Shown: positions 10,201-21,503, numbered from the stretch's first letter. The stretch: DNA of 64,000 bases from an uncultured Armatimonadetes bacterium (GCA_963717145.1 OY970325.1:1536001-1600000), one strand, 5' to 3'. Notes: generated from the sequence alone by a model not told the origin. Numbers and translations are program-made.

Positions 10201-10563
10201 ATGAAGCGAGTTCACTGGGTTGCATTGGCGCTGCTCATGGTGATCAGCTTGCTGTCCGTGACAGGCTGCAAGGACCAGCGCACGATGATATCGAAGATCT
10301 TGGAGCGGCCGGACAAGTACGTCGGCCACGAGGTGAAGATCGCCGGAGAGGTGACCAGAACGTACTCGGTCGACCTGATCCTCGCCGAGGCGGGGGCATA
10401 CCAGATCGACGATGGCAGCGGGAAGATCTGGGTGGTTACGCGGACCGGTGTGCCCAGGGAAGGGGCGAAGGTCGGGCTCAGGGGTGATGTCTCAAGCGGG
10501 TTGAGGATCGCAGGTCAGGTCTTCGGCGCGGTGATCCAGGAGCAGGAGCGCCGGTACAGGTAG
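10201..10563 (+). CDS. Putative OB-fold lipoprotein
   Basis: SD aggagg; lipobox-like VTGC; V.I.GEV and YQIDDGSGKIWV motif. Confidence 0.7.
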   Translation: MKRVHWVALALLMVISLLSVTGCKDQRTMISKILERPDKYVGHEVKIAGEVTRTYSVDLILAEAGAYQIDDGSGKIWVVTRTGVPREGAKVGLRGDVSSGLRIAGQVFGAVIQEQERRYR

Positions 10564-10572
10564 GAAGAGTAT

Positions 10573-10605
10573 CGTTGGGGAGGGAGCTGAAATCCCTCCC
10601 CAACG
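10573..10605. terminator. GC-rich hairpin between convergent genes
   Basis: CGTTGGGGAGGGA-N7-TCCCTCCCCAACG, 13-bp perfect stem. Confidence 0.65.
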
Positions 10606-10625
10606 GCGTTTCTCACAGGAACCGC

Positions 10626-10811
10626 TTACTCACAAGTGAGTGCGCCGGCCGGGCACTCGTCGACGCAGATGCCGCAATCGCTGCAGGTGTCTTCATCAAC
10701 GGTCGGCACTGTGCCGCCCGTGGCCTGGACCAATGCGTCGAACGGGCATGCTTCCGCCGCCGGACAGGTGGCTTCCTTCGTGCACTTGTTCGAGTCTACC
10801 TTAACTGCCAT
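10626..10811 (-). CDS. 4Fe-4S dicluster ferredoxin
   Basis: CSDCGICVDECP plus atypical CTKEATCPAAEACP; SD aaggag. Confidence 0.85.
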   Translation of the reverse strand: MAVKVDSNKCTKEATCPAAEACPFDALVQATGGTVPTVDEDTCSDCGICVDECPAGALTCE

Positions 10812-10961
10812 TTGTTCGAGATCTCCTTTTCGCGTATTCTCCACCATGCCCTCAGGCAAGGATATCGGACGTCATCAGACAATCCACCTAATATTCTACT
10901 TCAAGACGCGGGGTTTCTGCAAGTATTGGGGCGAAAGAACCAGGTCATGGTAGCAGGAGTC

Positions 10962-11432
10962 TCATCGCACCGCCATCTCCATGTACACGTCCGTCAGGGT
11001 ATCGAGAGTGTCGCTCTCGGCCCACTTGGCATCCTCCTCGGAGACGACCTTGAAGCCGTATTGCAGGTAGAAGGGGATCGCGCCGGCCTCCTTGATCGAG
11101 TAGACGGCCAGCTTGCGGACGCGCTTGAGGCTCGCGGTGTCGTACATGAAGTTGAGCATCATCTGGCCGATCTCTTTGCGTCGGAAGTCGGCGTGGACTC
11201 CCAGGCGCATGACGTGCAGGCGGTCCTCCTCAGTGTAGAAGCTCGCCGTGCCGACGACCTTGCCGCTGACGGTCGCCACGATGCGCGTGATCTCGCTCGG
11301 CGGTGTCCATTCCTCGTTGAGGAACTTCATCGTTGGCCGGTAGATCTGGTTGAGTTCCTCGTTGATGGAGGCCCAGACTTCGTTTGCCTCCATCTGATCG
11401 AACTGGTTTGCGAGCCGGATGGTGAGATCCAT
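10962..11432 (-). CDS. GNAT family N-acetyltransferase
   Basis: LGVHADFRRKEIG motif A; AIPFYLQYGF. Confidence 0.85.
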   Translation of the reverse strand: MDLTIRLANQFDQMEANEVWASINEELNQIYRPTMKFLNEEWTPPSEITRIVATVSGKVVGTASFYTEEDRLHVMRLGVHADFRRKEIGQMMLNFMYDTASLKRVRKLAVYSIKEAGAIPFYLQYGFKVVSEEDAKWAESDTLDTLTDVYMEMAVR

Positions 11433-12046
11433 TAGCGCTTCCTCCTCGATGCCTCTCGATATGCATTATGGCACTGTGCGACGAACTCCCTGTGCTTCTT
11501 GGTGGCGCGTTCCTCGGCCCGGTCGAGCGCAAGCGCCATGATCTCCCACGCGGAAAGCCCATCCCAGCCGTCGCCGCCGACTCGATCGGGCATGGTCTGT
11601 ATGGTCTGCTCTTCGATGCCCTCATCGCCGCGAATCAGGTGCTTGAGGTAGACGACCCAGAGCTTCAGGATATGAGCGACCGGGTCCTGCATCGCCTTCA
11701 GATCAGCCTGACTGATCGACGGGCAGTGCGGCTCGGCGATAAGCACGATGTCTATTTGCCAGAAGATCGGCACTCCTCTGGGATAGAAGTTCATGATATA
11801 CCATGTTGGCGCGAGACTGCAATTGAAGTCGTGGAAATGCGGGTCGAAGCTCTCGTACATCAGCTTCAAGAGCCTGTGGACGTATTGGCCGTTGTCGTGG
11901 CCCGAGACATCCACGTTGATGTCGATGTCCGAGTACTCATCTGGAGTCCCCTCCGTCAGACTACCCCTGAGCGTGACCTCCTTGACCTCCGGCTGGGCGC
12001 GGAAGAGGTCCATGACCTGGTTAGCCATCTCGATGCGCTTGTCCAC
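11432..12046 (-). CDS. Nucleotidyltransferase domain protein
   Basis: LRGSL...DEYSDIDI (GS...DxD); GTG start overlaps upstream TAG. Confidence 0.75.
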   Translation of the reverse strand: MDKRIEMANQVMDLFRAQPEVKEVTLRGSLTEGTPDEYSDIDINVDVSGHDNGQYVHRLLKLMYESFDPHFHDFNCSLAPTWYIMNFYPRGVPIFWQIDIVLIAEPHCPSISQADLKAMQDPVAHILKLWVVYLKHLIRGDEGIEEQTIQTMPDRVGGDGWDGLSAWEIMALALDRAEERATKKHREFVAQCHNAYREASRRKR

Positions 12047-12366
12047 TATCGGTAATCCTCCCGGATCGGGTAGAAAACGTCGATGACATAGCACGCCTCT
12101 TGGGCCTTGACGGAATGCGGCGTGTTCGGCGGGATGATCACCACCGAGCCGTCGTGAACGATCTTCGTCTCGTCGCCCACCGTCAGTTCCATCCTGCCAT
12201 GGATGACGTTGCTGACCTGCTCGTGAGGGTGCGAGTGCGCCGGAAGCTCAGCGCCCTCCTCCAGGTTCCAGTAGGAGAGCGTCATGTTGTCGGAGTGGAC
12301 GAAACGCACGTGGCATCCCGGGAGAATCTCCCGCTGCTCGGTACTATCGAGTTCGTGAAACGACAC
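12046..12366 (-). CDS. Cupin domain protein
   Basis: HSHPHEQ and IPPNTPH motifs. Confidence 0.9.
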   Translation of the reverse strand: MSFHELDSTEQREILPGCHVRFVHSDNMTLSYWNLEEGAELPAHSHPHEQVSNVIHGRMELTVGDETKIVHDGSVVIIPPNTPHSVKAQEACYVIDVFYPIREDYR

Positions 12367-12442
12367 TCTTTTCTCCGTGGTGCTCTACTGCATCTCAAAG
12401 CTCGGCGGTGTGCCATTTGTGTGGACACCGTCGGGCTTGCGG

Positions 12443-12937
12443 CTAAGACAGCCTTCCCCCAACAATCCGAGCGCTGCTGTACTGCCTTACCAGATCCTCC
12501 AACTCGGCCAGCGGTTCGGCAGACATCTGGTCCATATAGAATCTCGGATGCCCCTCTGATGTCAATACGGCCCTATTCGAGCGGGGCAGACCGCGCCCTA
12601 TCTGAGTGCGTCCAAAAGGCCCGAGCCACTTGTACTCGCGGATCTGATCCCACGGGATGAAGTGCCGGCGACCGATGACGGTAGTCAGCGCGATCCCGGA
12701 CGTCGTGCAGGCGAAGCTCATCGCGCCTCGAAATGCCATGTACCAGACACCGAATGATGCACCGATCACCCAGACGCCGAAGAACGCTCGTGTGCCCGCC
12801 AACTCCTCCCCGACCAGCGCTGCCAGGGCAAATACCGGAATCATAAGCACAAAGAACGGGAGCCCGACGTAGTAGTAGATACGGTCGTACCAAGGCCGGC
12901 GAAACGTCATCAGCGCATCCCCGTCGGCTGTCTGCAT
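12443..12937 (-). CDS. Hypothetical membrane protein (2 TM helices plus soluble domain)
   Basis: Two hydrophobic segments, then IPWDQI motif. Confidence 0.5.
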   Translation of the reverse strand: MQTADGDALMTFRRPWYDRIYYYVGLPFFVLMIPVFALAALVGEELAGTRAFFGVWVIGASFGVWYMAFRGAMSFACTTSGIALTTVIGRRHFIPWDQIREYKWLGPFGRTQIGRGLPRSNRAVLTSEGHPRFYMDQMSAEPLAELEDLVRQYSSARIVGGRLS

Positions 12938-12977
12938 CCCAAGTGCCTCCCTAGCGCCTAGATCGTCATGCCGCGTG

Positions 12978-13805
12978 CTACTTGAACTCCGGAGGTGCGC
13001 CCGTCGTGCGCAAATCGACGAAGCGACGGGTAAATCCGCCGTCGCTGACGGCGAACACCGAGTATCCGGTCATTCCCTTGTCCGGGCCCGTGGAGAAGCT
13101 GACGGCAGGCGTCGTCAGGAAGCTGATGCCGTAGTAGGACGCCTCCATCGAGCGGTGATAGTGGCCTGTCAGAACGGCCTCGACCTTGTACTGCTTGAGC
13201 AGGTCGAGGATCTCGCCGCGCACCGGATTCTCTATCGCGTAGTAGTCGCCGTTCGGGTCGGTCGGCGTCCTGGTAAAGAGCGGCTGATGCTCGAAGATGA
13301 AGATGCGCTTGCCCCTGAACTTCGCGAGTTGCGCCTTCAGCCAGTTGAGCTGCATCCGTTCCGCCGGATAGCCGGTGTTCCAGAGCAGCGAGTTCAGCCC
13401 GATGAATATGATGCCCTCGTGCTCGAAGGTGATTCGATCGGGCCCGACGGCCCGGTTCCATGCTGCGACTTGCTCGGCGGCCTTCGTGGCTCCGATGGTC
13501 TTCATGTTGAGCAGGTCGTGGTTGCCCGGACTTACGTACATCGTCGCCACGAACGACTTGCTGATCTCCATGAAGAGCGCCGCGCTCTCCGGCGACCACG
13601 CCTCCAACGCATCGCCGGTATGGATGACGAACGCGGGCTTCAGGGCGTTCACCTGCCGGATGACTTCCTGGTACCGGGCATTGTACGCGGCCTGCTTCAC
13701 TCCCACATGCGTGTCGCTGATCTGCACGAAGGTGAAATCACCGTGCGCAGTGACAACGCACAACAACAAGAGGCCGGCAAAGAGAAGTGCAAGCTTGATT
13801 CTCAT
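12978..13805 (-). CDS. Secreted calcineurin-like metallophosphoesterase
   Basis: Signal peptide; SDTH, TGD, GNHD, H, GHYH motifs intact. Confidence 0.9.
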   Translation of the reverse strand: MRIKLALLFAGLLLLCVVTAHGDFTFVQISDTHVGVKQAAYNARYQEVIRQVNALKPAFVIHTGDALEAWSPESAALFMEISKSFVATMYVSPGNHDLLNMKTIGATKAAEQVAAWNRAVGPDRITFEHEGIIFIGLNSLLWNTGYPAERMQLNWLKAQLAKFRGKRIFIFEHQPLFTRTPTDPNGDYYAIENPVRGEILDLLKQYKVEAVLTGHYHRSMEASYYGISFLTTPAVSFSTGPDKGMTGYSVFAVSDGGFTRRFVDLRTTGAPPEFK

Positions 13806-14005
13806 CGGCAATACTCCTTGGGGTACTGGCATGGCAGTTTTCGGCGCATGCACCTACTTGTCCTGCCTGCCACTCAGCGACCTGCCGATTCTGAGCATAG
13901 TGCCGAGCCGAAGCTCAGCCGATAATGTAGTATGAGCAATCGCCCGCTCCTCGTGCAATGAAGGGATTCCCCTGCTGCGTCATCTAAGCCAGTGGAGAGT
14001 GTACT

Positions 14006-15255
14006 ATGCGTCTATTGCGGATCTCCGTCTTTCTGCTTTGCCTCGTTGTTTGCCAGGGTCTGATGCCATACCCCGTACCGGTTGCGGCCCAGATCGTCGA
14101 TGTCTCGGGCATAGACGTTCCGCCGGTCAGTGGCCCGGAATGCGTGAGCGGCTGCGACGAGGAACTGCGGAAGATCCGGACCCTCAACCGGATCCTGATC
14201 CCGATCCTGCGCCCAATCCGGTCACGCCCGTTCAACCTGTCCGACCGCCGGTCGATCCCGTCATTCCCGTGCAGCCCGTCGAGCCGCCGGTCACTCCTGT
14301 TCAGCCGGTCGCGCCGCCGGTCGTATATACTCCTCCCGCTCCCGATCCAGCACAAGTGGCGTTCGAGCAGGGGAAGCACGCCCTGCTCGACGAGTTCCAG
14401 CTCATCTCGGGGTCGAATGATGTCGCGCCGGCAATCACCGAAGATTTCGTGATGCCGTTGACGCTGGGTTCGGGAGCAGTGCCAATCAACCTGAAGCAGG
14501 GCGGACTGACTCAGGAGGAGTGGGATGTGGCGCGGGAGTGCCAGAGGAAGATCGATCTACTCAGCCCGAAGTGGCCGCCGAACGCTCAGGAGATGGCGCA
14601 GTTGGACCAGCTCATCAGCAAACGAAATGCACTCTGGAAGAAGGCGGTCGGCATCCCGGGCCTGACAGCGGATGAGCGCGAGCGGCTCAGGATCAAGCTG
14701 TACACTCGCGACGTCCATGCGACGGACGGCATGCTCCCGACGGTGACCTCCGCGCAGATCAAGGCGTGGTCGAAGCCGCCTCCTCCCCTGCCCGATCCGA
14801 AACGTCCCCCGGATGAGCCGTCGCCGGACCAGGTCAACCCGGTGGCGCTCCGGTTGATCGCCGATTTCACGGCCGACAAGATGCAGGGCGAGATCGAAGA
14901 CACTGCAGAGGAACTTGCCGAATCGGAGTTGGGCAAGCTCGGCGAAAGGTTCGGCGATTTCCTCGAGGTCGGAGAGATCGCGGTCGCCTACAAGGAGGGC
15001 GGCGCGTCCTCGGCGTTGTCGGAGACGTTCGACATCCTGGTCGGCAAGATTGCGATGCCACGTGCAGAACTCGCGGTCGAGGGCGGAAGGCTGTACTCGA
15101 ACCTGGTCTACCAGGCGCAGAACAGATTCATGACCGACGCCATGAAGGTGGCAAACGGCAAATATGACGCAAAGCAGTTCTCGTCGGAGCTCGACAATGA
15201 CCTGACGGTCGGGCAGAAGGCGACAAAGGAGTGGGTCTCCTATGGCGAGGAATAG
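14006..15255 (+). CDS. Secreted Pro-rich protein, split by an apparent 1-nt deletion near 14161
   Basis: Signal peptide in the 14006 frame; adding one G gives CVSGCDEGTAEDPDPQPDPDPDP continuing in the 13999 frame. Confidence 0.6.
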
Positions 15256-17706
15256 ATTGATCATCATTCCATTGGCGATTCTCACACTGGCGAATGCGTT
15301 CTGTGCCGAGACGACGAACGTCCAGCCCGGTGTCACGATTGCGCTTCCCAGGGAGTGCAGTGTGAAGGTACGGTGGGTCTGCCCTCCGCTCGACGAGAAG
15401 ACCGTCGAAGAGGCGAAGTGGTATGACGTCGACTTCGCTGTGGACAACATCGGCCGCCCATGGATCGGGCATGATCTCGATCAGATCGTGAGCCCCACTC
15501 AGCAGTACCAGTACACAGTGGACAAGTTCTTCGATGACATGGTTTTCCTGGACAATGGCGCGCTGATCCTAAGCACGGCCACGCACATCGGATCGCCGAT
15601 GCCGCCCAGGGACAAGACGTTCGATTACCGAGGACTCCCTCAGGCAACCTTCCAGCCGATCGCCGAGATGCCGTACCCGGCCTGCAAGCTCTTCGCCGGC
15701 GCGTCCAACTGCCTCTATCTGGTCGGGCACAACTCGAAATCCGAGCAGAAGGAGGTCTACCTCCTCCGCCCGGAGAAAGGCGGTCTGCGCCAATTCACAC
15801 GTCTGTTCACTTCGAAGGATGACATCTCCGCGGTGACCGGCGATGGCGAGAGGACGTATATCGCCACCGACCGGCTGGTCCTCAAGGTGCTGAGCACGGG
15901 CGCCGTCTCGAAGGTCTACGCGCATCCGACTCAGCGGATCAGCGGACTGGCATACGATCCGCAGATCGGGCTGTTCTACTCCACCGACGAAGGCGTCGGG
16001 TTCATCGGCTCGAACGGCTCGATCGATCTGCTTGCCGCATCGAAGCCGGAGATCGAAGTGCGGCAGGGTGCCCTCTACATCTTCCTCCCGAAGTCATACG
16101 GCATTCTGGCGCTCGACAACGTTGCTGATCTGAAGCGGTTCAACCTGGCGTTCAAGGATGTGCCGGCCACCAAGTCGGCCGAGATCAAGGTAACGGGCGT
16201 GCGATTCTTCGAGGGCGGAGAATCGGCCCCGAGCCGGATGCTCGCAGTTTCGCGTCGAAGTTCGATCGCGACTCGACTCGGTACGTCTACTGCCAGGTGG
16301 ATACTGACAACCTGCTCTACCAGAAGCGCGCGCACAAGCAGACGCTCGCGGTCGAATTCCTCGCTCCCAACCAGGGCTGGGGTGAACCATTCACCTGGAC
16401 GGTGGATTTCACGACGGACATCCCCGGCGTCTGGTCGTGGGCGCGCATCGGGGCTGGGACTCCGGACACGCTCTATCCCGGCGAGTACACCGCAAAGGTC
16501 TACCTCAACGGCTCCAAGATCGACGAGCGGAAGTTCACGATCGAGGGCGACGCGACCGTGCTCCTGGCGGCCTACTTCAAGGACACCCCGCGCCTCAGAT
16601 CCCTGCTCGCCAGGGGCGGCGACCCGAACGATCCCGCAGAGGACGGTTCCACTCCTCTGGTTTGGGCGGCGTGGAACGGCTCGATGGCGGATGCGAAGCT
16701 CCTCCTCGACCGGAAGGCGGATGTGAACTCTCGGAATGCCGATGGCGAGACGGCGCTCAAGATTGCCGCCTCCCAGATCGATGCTGAGCCCCTGGTGCAA
16801 CTTCTTCTTTCACGAGGCGCTGACCCGAATGTCCGGGACAGTGACGGCAAGACCGCGCTGCATGCGGCGGCGCTCTTTGGCAGCCCGGCGCTGATGCGCA
16901 TGCTGCTCGAGCATGGCGCCGATCCGAATACCAAGGACAACAACGGCAGCACCACACTGCAAAGCATGAATCTCAGGTACTCTGACCCGATACTGGCGGC
17001 CAGGCCCGAGAACGTCGAACTGCTGCTGAAGAACGGCGCGGACCCAAATGCCACCGACCAGTTCGGGGCGACACCCCTGTTCGAGTGCGTCGAAGGGGGA
17101 AGCGTCGAGGCGGCGCGCCTGCTGATCGAGTACGAGGCCGACGTTAGTGCAATCCAGAAGGGAAGGGACGGCGCTCCGGACACGAGCGTGCTGGGCCGTG
17201 CGATCATGGGATACGGTTGGGAGGACGACCCGGGGATACGCGACCGAATCAGGGCAATCATCCGCCTGCTCAGCATGTCGGGCGGTCAGCTTCTACCCGG
17301 CGAAACGGCTCTTGCATTCGAGAACGGGATGGACAGCCTGCTCGACAGGCGCGTGATCAGAAGCTGCCTGGAGAAGAACGATCAGTTCGTGTTCAGCTAC
17401 ACGCCCGAGGATCCGGGGCTGAGGGCGCTCGTGCTCGAACGGCTGATCCGGATCGCGTTCTCCGGGATCGCATCGGCGAACTCGGCAGACGACTTCTCGA
17501 AGGTCTTGAACCTCTGTCTCGACGCGCGCACAAAGGCCGATATGTGGGGGCTGCTTCCGAATCATCCGGAGATCTCGTTCAACTGCGGGCTGCTGTGGAC
17601 GAAGACCGGCAACCCATCGAACGCGCGGATGTATCTCGAGGAGTACCTCCGCCTCGCTCCGAACGGAAGCGCGGCATCGAAGGCGAAGGATCTGGTGGGA
17701 CGGTAG
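15242..17706 (+). CDS. Secreted protein: beta-propeller-like region, ankyrin repeats and C-terminal TPR; apparent 1-nt deletion at 16227-16230
   Basis: Adding one C joins FFEGGESA to PEPDARSFASKFDRDSTRYVY; ankyrin motifs GSTPLVWAA, GKTALHAAA, GATPLFEC; TPR-like end. Confidence 0.7.
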
Positions 17707-18579
17707 TCAATCCTTGCGGACAATCTCGAGTACGCCGTACTTGCCGAAGTGTCCTCTCGAGCGCGTCGAGGGGATTCGGAGGTCGTACACCACGCCGTCG
17801 CCCTCGAACTCGGCGGTGTCGCCGGGCTTCATCACACTGCCTGTATTGATCGTATACGCGGTAGCGTTCGTCAGCAGGCCGTGGTAGTGATTGGAGTTCT
17901 CCTCGTCCTTGAACCTGATCTCCAGGTCGGGCAGCCCGAAGTACTGCATCCCGTGAGTATGCATCCAGACCCCGCCGCTGTCCGGCACGAGGTGCACCGA
18001 TGCGCAGAGCAGGAAGAGCGCCTCGCCGCTGAGCAGATCGTCATCCATGAACGCCTCGATCGTCTCCCTCTGGTGATACGCGGGCGATGATACGTTGACC
18101 AGGCCGACGCCGGGATAGAGCTTCAGGAGCGTGATCAGCATCCGGGCGACCGACCGCACGCATTGGACCGCCTGCTCAGGATCGGGCACGGATTCGACGG
18201 TCAGGACCGCCTTGTGGAATTCCAGGTCGTCGCGCTCCTGATTCGTGAGCGCGTGTGAGGTCATGAGCGCCAGGTCGGTCAACTGCTTGGGGAGCGGGAT
18301 GCCGTAATCCGAGATGACCGCCCGGCTGATTCCGTCCGCAACGGCATACCGCCGGACCTTGTCCTTCGGCTGAGCCCACTCCTGGTTCTCGTCGCATGTC
18401 GTGTCGCCGCCCCATTGCTCGCGAAAGGCACGGGTGAACTCCGCCGGGCTGAATTCGCTTGGCCCGGACAGAGGCACGGCGAACCGGAGAAACGACTCAT
18501 TGATCTCGGCGCGCCGTCTCGCCGACCACACCATGTAGAGAGCGATCAGCACGGCCAGTATGATGATGGCGTATTGCAC
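17707..18579 (-). CDS. Membrane-anchored DUF4261-like protein
   Basis: N-terminal TM; C-terminal WMHTHGMQYFGLPDLE...PGDT. Confidence 0.6.
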   Translation of the reverse strand: MQYAIIILAVLIALYMVWSARRRAEINESFLRFAVPLSGPSEFSPAEFTRAFREQWGGDTTCDENQEWAQPKDKVRRYAVADGISRAVISDYGIPLPKQLTDLALMTSHALTNQERDDLEFHKAVLTVESVPDPEQAVQCVRSVARMLITLLKLYPGVGLVNVSSPAYHQRETIEAFMDDDLLSGEALFLLCASVHLVPDSGGVWMHTHGMQYFGLPDLEIRFKDEENSNHYHGLLTNATAYTINTGSVMKPGDTAEFEGDGVVYDLRIPSTRSRGHFGKYGVLEIVRKD

Positions 18580-18597
18580 CTGGAGTCTCCTGGCGGG

Positions 18598-19887
18598 TCA
18601 ACCGCTTGTCCTCGCTATCCTCAACTTCGGCCTGGGAGAAGGCTCTTCCTTCTCGTCCCAGAGGGCCTTAGCGAGCGGGAACGGTTCGAGCGCGCGATCG
18701 AGGATGCCGTGGACGAACGCGAGCGTGATGCCGTAGTTGGTCATCGGGATGCCGGCCTCACGCGCGACCTGCTGCCGGTAGCAGACCTCGCGGCGGTTAA
18801 GCGTGCAGGCACCGCAGTGGATGATGAGGTCGTAGGTCTTGAAGTCCGCCGGGAACTCGATCCCGGAGCTGAAGCCGAACTCCAGATCGCCGCCGACCAT
18901 CTGCCTGAGCCACCGGGGAATCTGGACCGAGCCGATGTCGTCGCCTTGCCGGTGGTGCGTACAGCCCTCGGAGATGAGCACGCGGTCGCCGATCTTCAGC
19001 CCCCGGAGCGCCTTCGCCCCCTGCACGAAGTCGGCCAGTTCGCCCTTGTAGCGCGCCATCAGGATCGAGAAGCTGGTCATCCAGATGTCCTTCGGGGTGT
19101 CGGCCGCAACCTTCAGGAACGCCTGAGAGTCGGTGATGACGATCTTCGGCTTGCGGCTAAGTGACTGTAGGGCGCTCTTCAACTCGCGCTCCTTGACGAC
19201 GAGCGCGTAGGCATCGTGATCGAGCGCGTCGCGGAGGGTCATCACCTGCGGGAGGATGAGCCGTCCCTTCGGCGCGGCCTTGTCGATCGGCACGACCAGG
19301 ACGATGATATCGCCCGGGTCGATCAGGTCGCCGATGATCGTCGGCTCGGCGAACCCCTCGGGCGCATTCGAGATGAGCGCCTGCTTGAGGCCGCCGATGT
19401 TCTCGCCGGTGACCGCCGAGACTGCGACGAAGGGGAGGCTCCTCTGCTGAGCCCAGGTTTCGATGGGACCGATGGGACTGATAGGACGAATATCAAGTTT
19501 GGTCTTCGCGACTACCATCGGGATATTCCGCTCGCGGATCATCTCGACGAGCCGATCCTCCCAGTCGGATGGAGCGCTGCCGGCTTCGATGGTCAGGACG
19601 GCGAGGTCGGTCTTCTCCAGGACTCGGAGCGTCTTCTCGACCCTCAGCTCGCCGAGCGCGCCGACGTCGTCGATCCCAGCGGTGTCGGTGATGATGACCG
19701 GGCCGATCGGAAGGATCTCCATCGCCTTGGTGACGGGGTCGGTGGTGGTCCCGGCGACCTCCGAGACGATGGCGACCTTCTGCCCGGTGAGCGCGTTGAT
19801 CAGGCTCGACTTGCCCGAGTTGCGCCGCCCGAAAATCGTTATGTGCATCCGCTCGCCGGATGGGGTTTGATTGAGGCTCGTGCTCAT
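18598..19887 (-). CDS. hydF: [FeFe]-hydrogenase H-cluster maturation GTPase
   Basis: GRRNSGKSS, GTTTDPV, DTAG, APKGRLILPQ, EGCTHH, HCGAC, TNYG. Confidence 0.96.
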   Translation of the reverse strand: MSTSLNQTPSGERMHITIFGRRNSGKSSLINALTGQKVAIVSEVAGTTTDPVTKAMEILPIGPVIITDTAGIDDVGALGELRVEKTLRVLEKTDLAVLTIEAGSAPSDWEDRLVEMIRERNIPMVVAKTKLDIRPISPIGPIETWAQQRSLPFVAVSAVTGENIGGLKQALISNAPEGFAEPTIIGDLIDPGDIIVLVVPIDKAAPKGRLILPQVMTLRDALDHDAYALVVKERELKSALQSLSRKPKIVITDSQAFLKVAADTPKDIWMTSFSILMARYKGELADFVQGAKALRGLKIGDRVLISEGCTHHRQGDDIGSVQIPRWLRQMVGGDLEFGFSSGIEFPADFKTYDLIIHCGACTLNRREVCYRQQVAREAGIPMTNYGITLAFVHGILDRALEPFPLAKALWDEKEEPSPRPKLRIARTSG

Positions 19888-19903
19888 ATTCGTATTCGAG
19901 GGC

Positions 19904-20278
19904 TCATGGCCTTGGGACGAACTCGACTCCGGGTAGTCCCCGAAAATGGGCATCGCTGGTGACGACGGTAGCGCCCTCAGCCTGAGCAGTAGCATAGATG
20001 ATGGCATCAGCCATCGGAAGTTTGTGCTTGATCGCGATCTCTGCCGCAGCAGTCGCCAGCTCATCATTCAACGGAATGGTTCTGGTTCTGGCTACCTGGC
20101 CGGCACCGGCATAAGCCGAATCTGCATCCAGTTCACGCAGCAGATACCTGAACACCTCATACAAAATGATGGTCGGCGTGATGATCTCTTCACGTCCACG
20201 AAGATGCTGCTCGTACTCGTCCGCCAACTTGCCGCCGGCCAGGTAAGCTATCCATCCGACAGAGTCTATGATCTTCAA
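19904..20278 (-). CDS. vapC: PIN-domain toxin (VapC family)
   Basis: IIDS, ILYEV, MADAIIYATA, VVTSDAHF. Confidence 0.9.
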   Translation of the reverse strand: MKIIDSVGWIAYLAGGKLADEYEQHLRGREEIITPTIILYEVFRYLLRELDADSAYAGAGQVARTRTIPLNDELATAAAEIAIKHKLPMADAIIYATAQAEGATVVTSDAHFRGLPGVEFVPRP

Positions 20279-20484
20279 AATCGGTCTTCTTCCTCTCGGA
20301 TACCATCGAGGGACAGACCCGGGAATGCGCCTTTCATCTCTGAGATGTCCCGGTTAGGAATGATCTCAATACGGTTGCCGATAGCTAGGATAGTCATGTC
20401 CTGGCCCTTACGTAACTTCAGGCTCTCTCGGATCCTCCGCGGGATGCAGACTTGGTACTTGCTGGAAAGCTTAACCTGAGCCAT
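20275..20484 (-). CDS. vapB: AbrB/MazE-type antitoxin
   Basis: KLSSKYQVCIPRRIRESLKL; overlaps toxin start. Confidence 0.88.
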   Translation of the reverse strand: MAQVKLSSKYQVCIPRRIRESLKLRKGQDMTILAIGNRIEIIPNRDISEMKGAFPGLSLDGIREEEDRF

Positions 20485-20555
20485 TGCGCCCTCCGTTCTA
20501 CACTTTTCTGATCGATCATGCTATTGTACAACACCAGACCGATGCAGTCAAGGCA

Positions 20556-21488
20556 CTAGGCGCTTTCGAACTGCTTCCGGGCAGCGGCAACCTGCTCTAT
20601 GGCGGTGAGGTGCTTCTCCCGCCACCTCGGTGTCGTCTGACGCCAGATCGTCTGGAGGAAGCCCTTCAGCCGCTCGGGGGCGATGTTCTCGCGGGCGAAC
20701 GTCACAGTGTCGGCGAAGTTGGTGTCGCACGACCAGTTCGCTCCTGTCGGGATCTGGTCGTAGCCGTGCTCCTCGAGGTCGAGGTATGCCTTCAAGTAGG
20801 TGTCTTCTTTGTTGAACGGCTCGCCGTAGTACCAGTTGCTCTGGAGGACCGATTTCGGCATCTTGTCCCAGAAGACCTCGGGGTGATGCCAGAGGTAGTC
20901 CGACCAGACCCACGGGCGCACGCCGCCAGCCTCGACCTGCTTGAAGAGGAAGTAGATGTCGTGCCACCAGAGGTCGAACTGGCGGCAGACGACATACTCG
21001 AAGTGCTGCTGGTGGGGATAGGTCTCCTCGTCCATGCCGAGATGGAAGAACCTCGGCTTGTCGAAGATGCCGATGATCTCGCCGATGAGGTCCTTGCAGA
21101 CGCCGTAGTAGGTGTCGGTCGAGAGCATCCTGGAGTACGGGCCGAGCCATATGTCGTGGCAGGCGGAGAAGTTGAGCTTCGGGATCGGCTCGATGCCGAC
21201 CTCGCGAAGGCGCGCGAGTTCCTGCTTGAGTCGGTCCACCGTCCATGCACCCTCGACGGCGATCTCGGGGTGGCTCTCGTACTTCACGGCGTCACCGAGG
21301 TCGAGGACGACCATGTTCACCCCGGCATCGACCATCCGCTCGACCAAGTCATTCCAGAGGTCTGTGTCGAAGCGCAGGTAGGGTCGCGTGACATGATCGA
21401 CGTCCCACACGGGGTCGTCGCGGTCGATCCACATGTTGGTGCTCAGGTGGATCAGCTCCGCCCAGATGAGTTGGTTGTTGTTGTTCAT
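20556..21488 (-). CDS. Putative glycoside hydrolase, GH20-like TIM barrel
   Basis: FHLGMDEE motif, PIPKLNFSACHD, WVWSD, NWYY. Confidence 0.65.
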   Translation of the reverse strand: MNNNNQLIWAELIHLSTNMWIDRDDPVWDVDHVTRPYLRFDTDLWNDLVERMVDAGVNMVVLDLGDAVKYESHPEIAVEGAWTVDRLKQELARLREVGIEPIPKLNFSACHDIWLGPYSRMLSTDTYYGVCKDLIGEIIGIFDKPRFFHLGMDEETYPHQQHFEYVVCRQFDLWWHDIYFLFKQVEAGGVRPWVWSDYLWHHPEVFWDKMPKSVLQSNWYYGEPFNKEDTYLKAYLDLEEHGYDQIPTGANWSCDTNFADTVTFARENIAPERLKGFLQTIWRQTTPRWREKHLTAIEQVAAARKQFESA

Positions 21489-21503
21489 TCGAAGTCCTTT
21501 CGG

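Noticed and set aside
14170-14350. Short tandem DNA repeats
   Set aside because: They encode a Pro-rich linker with synonymous variation, so the repeat is at protein level
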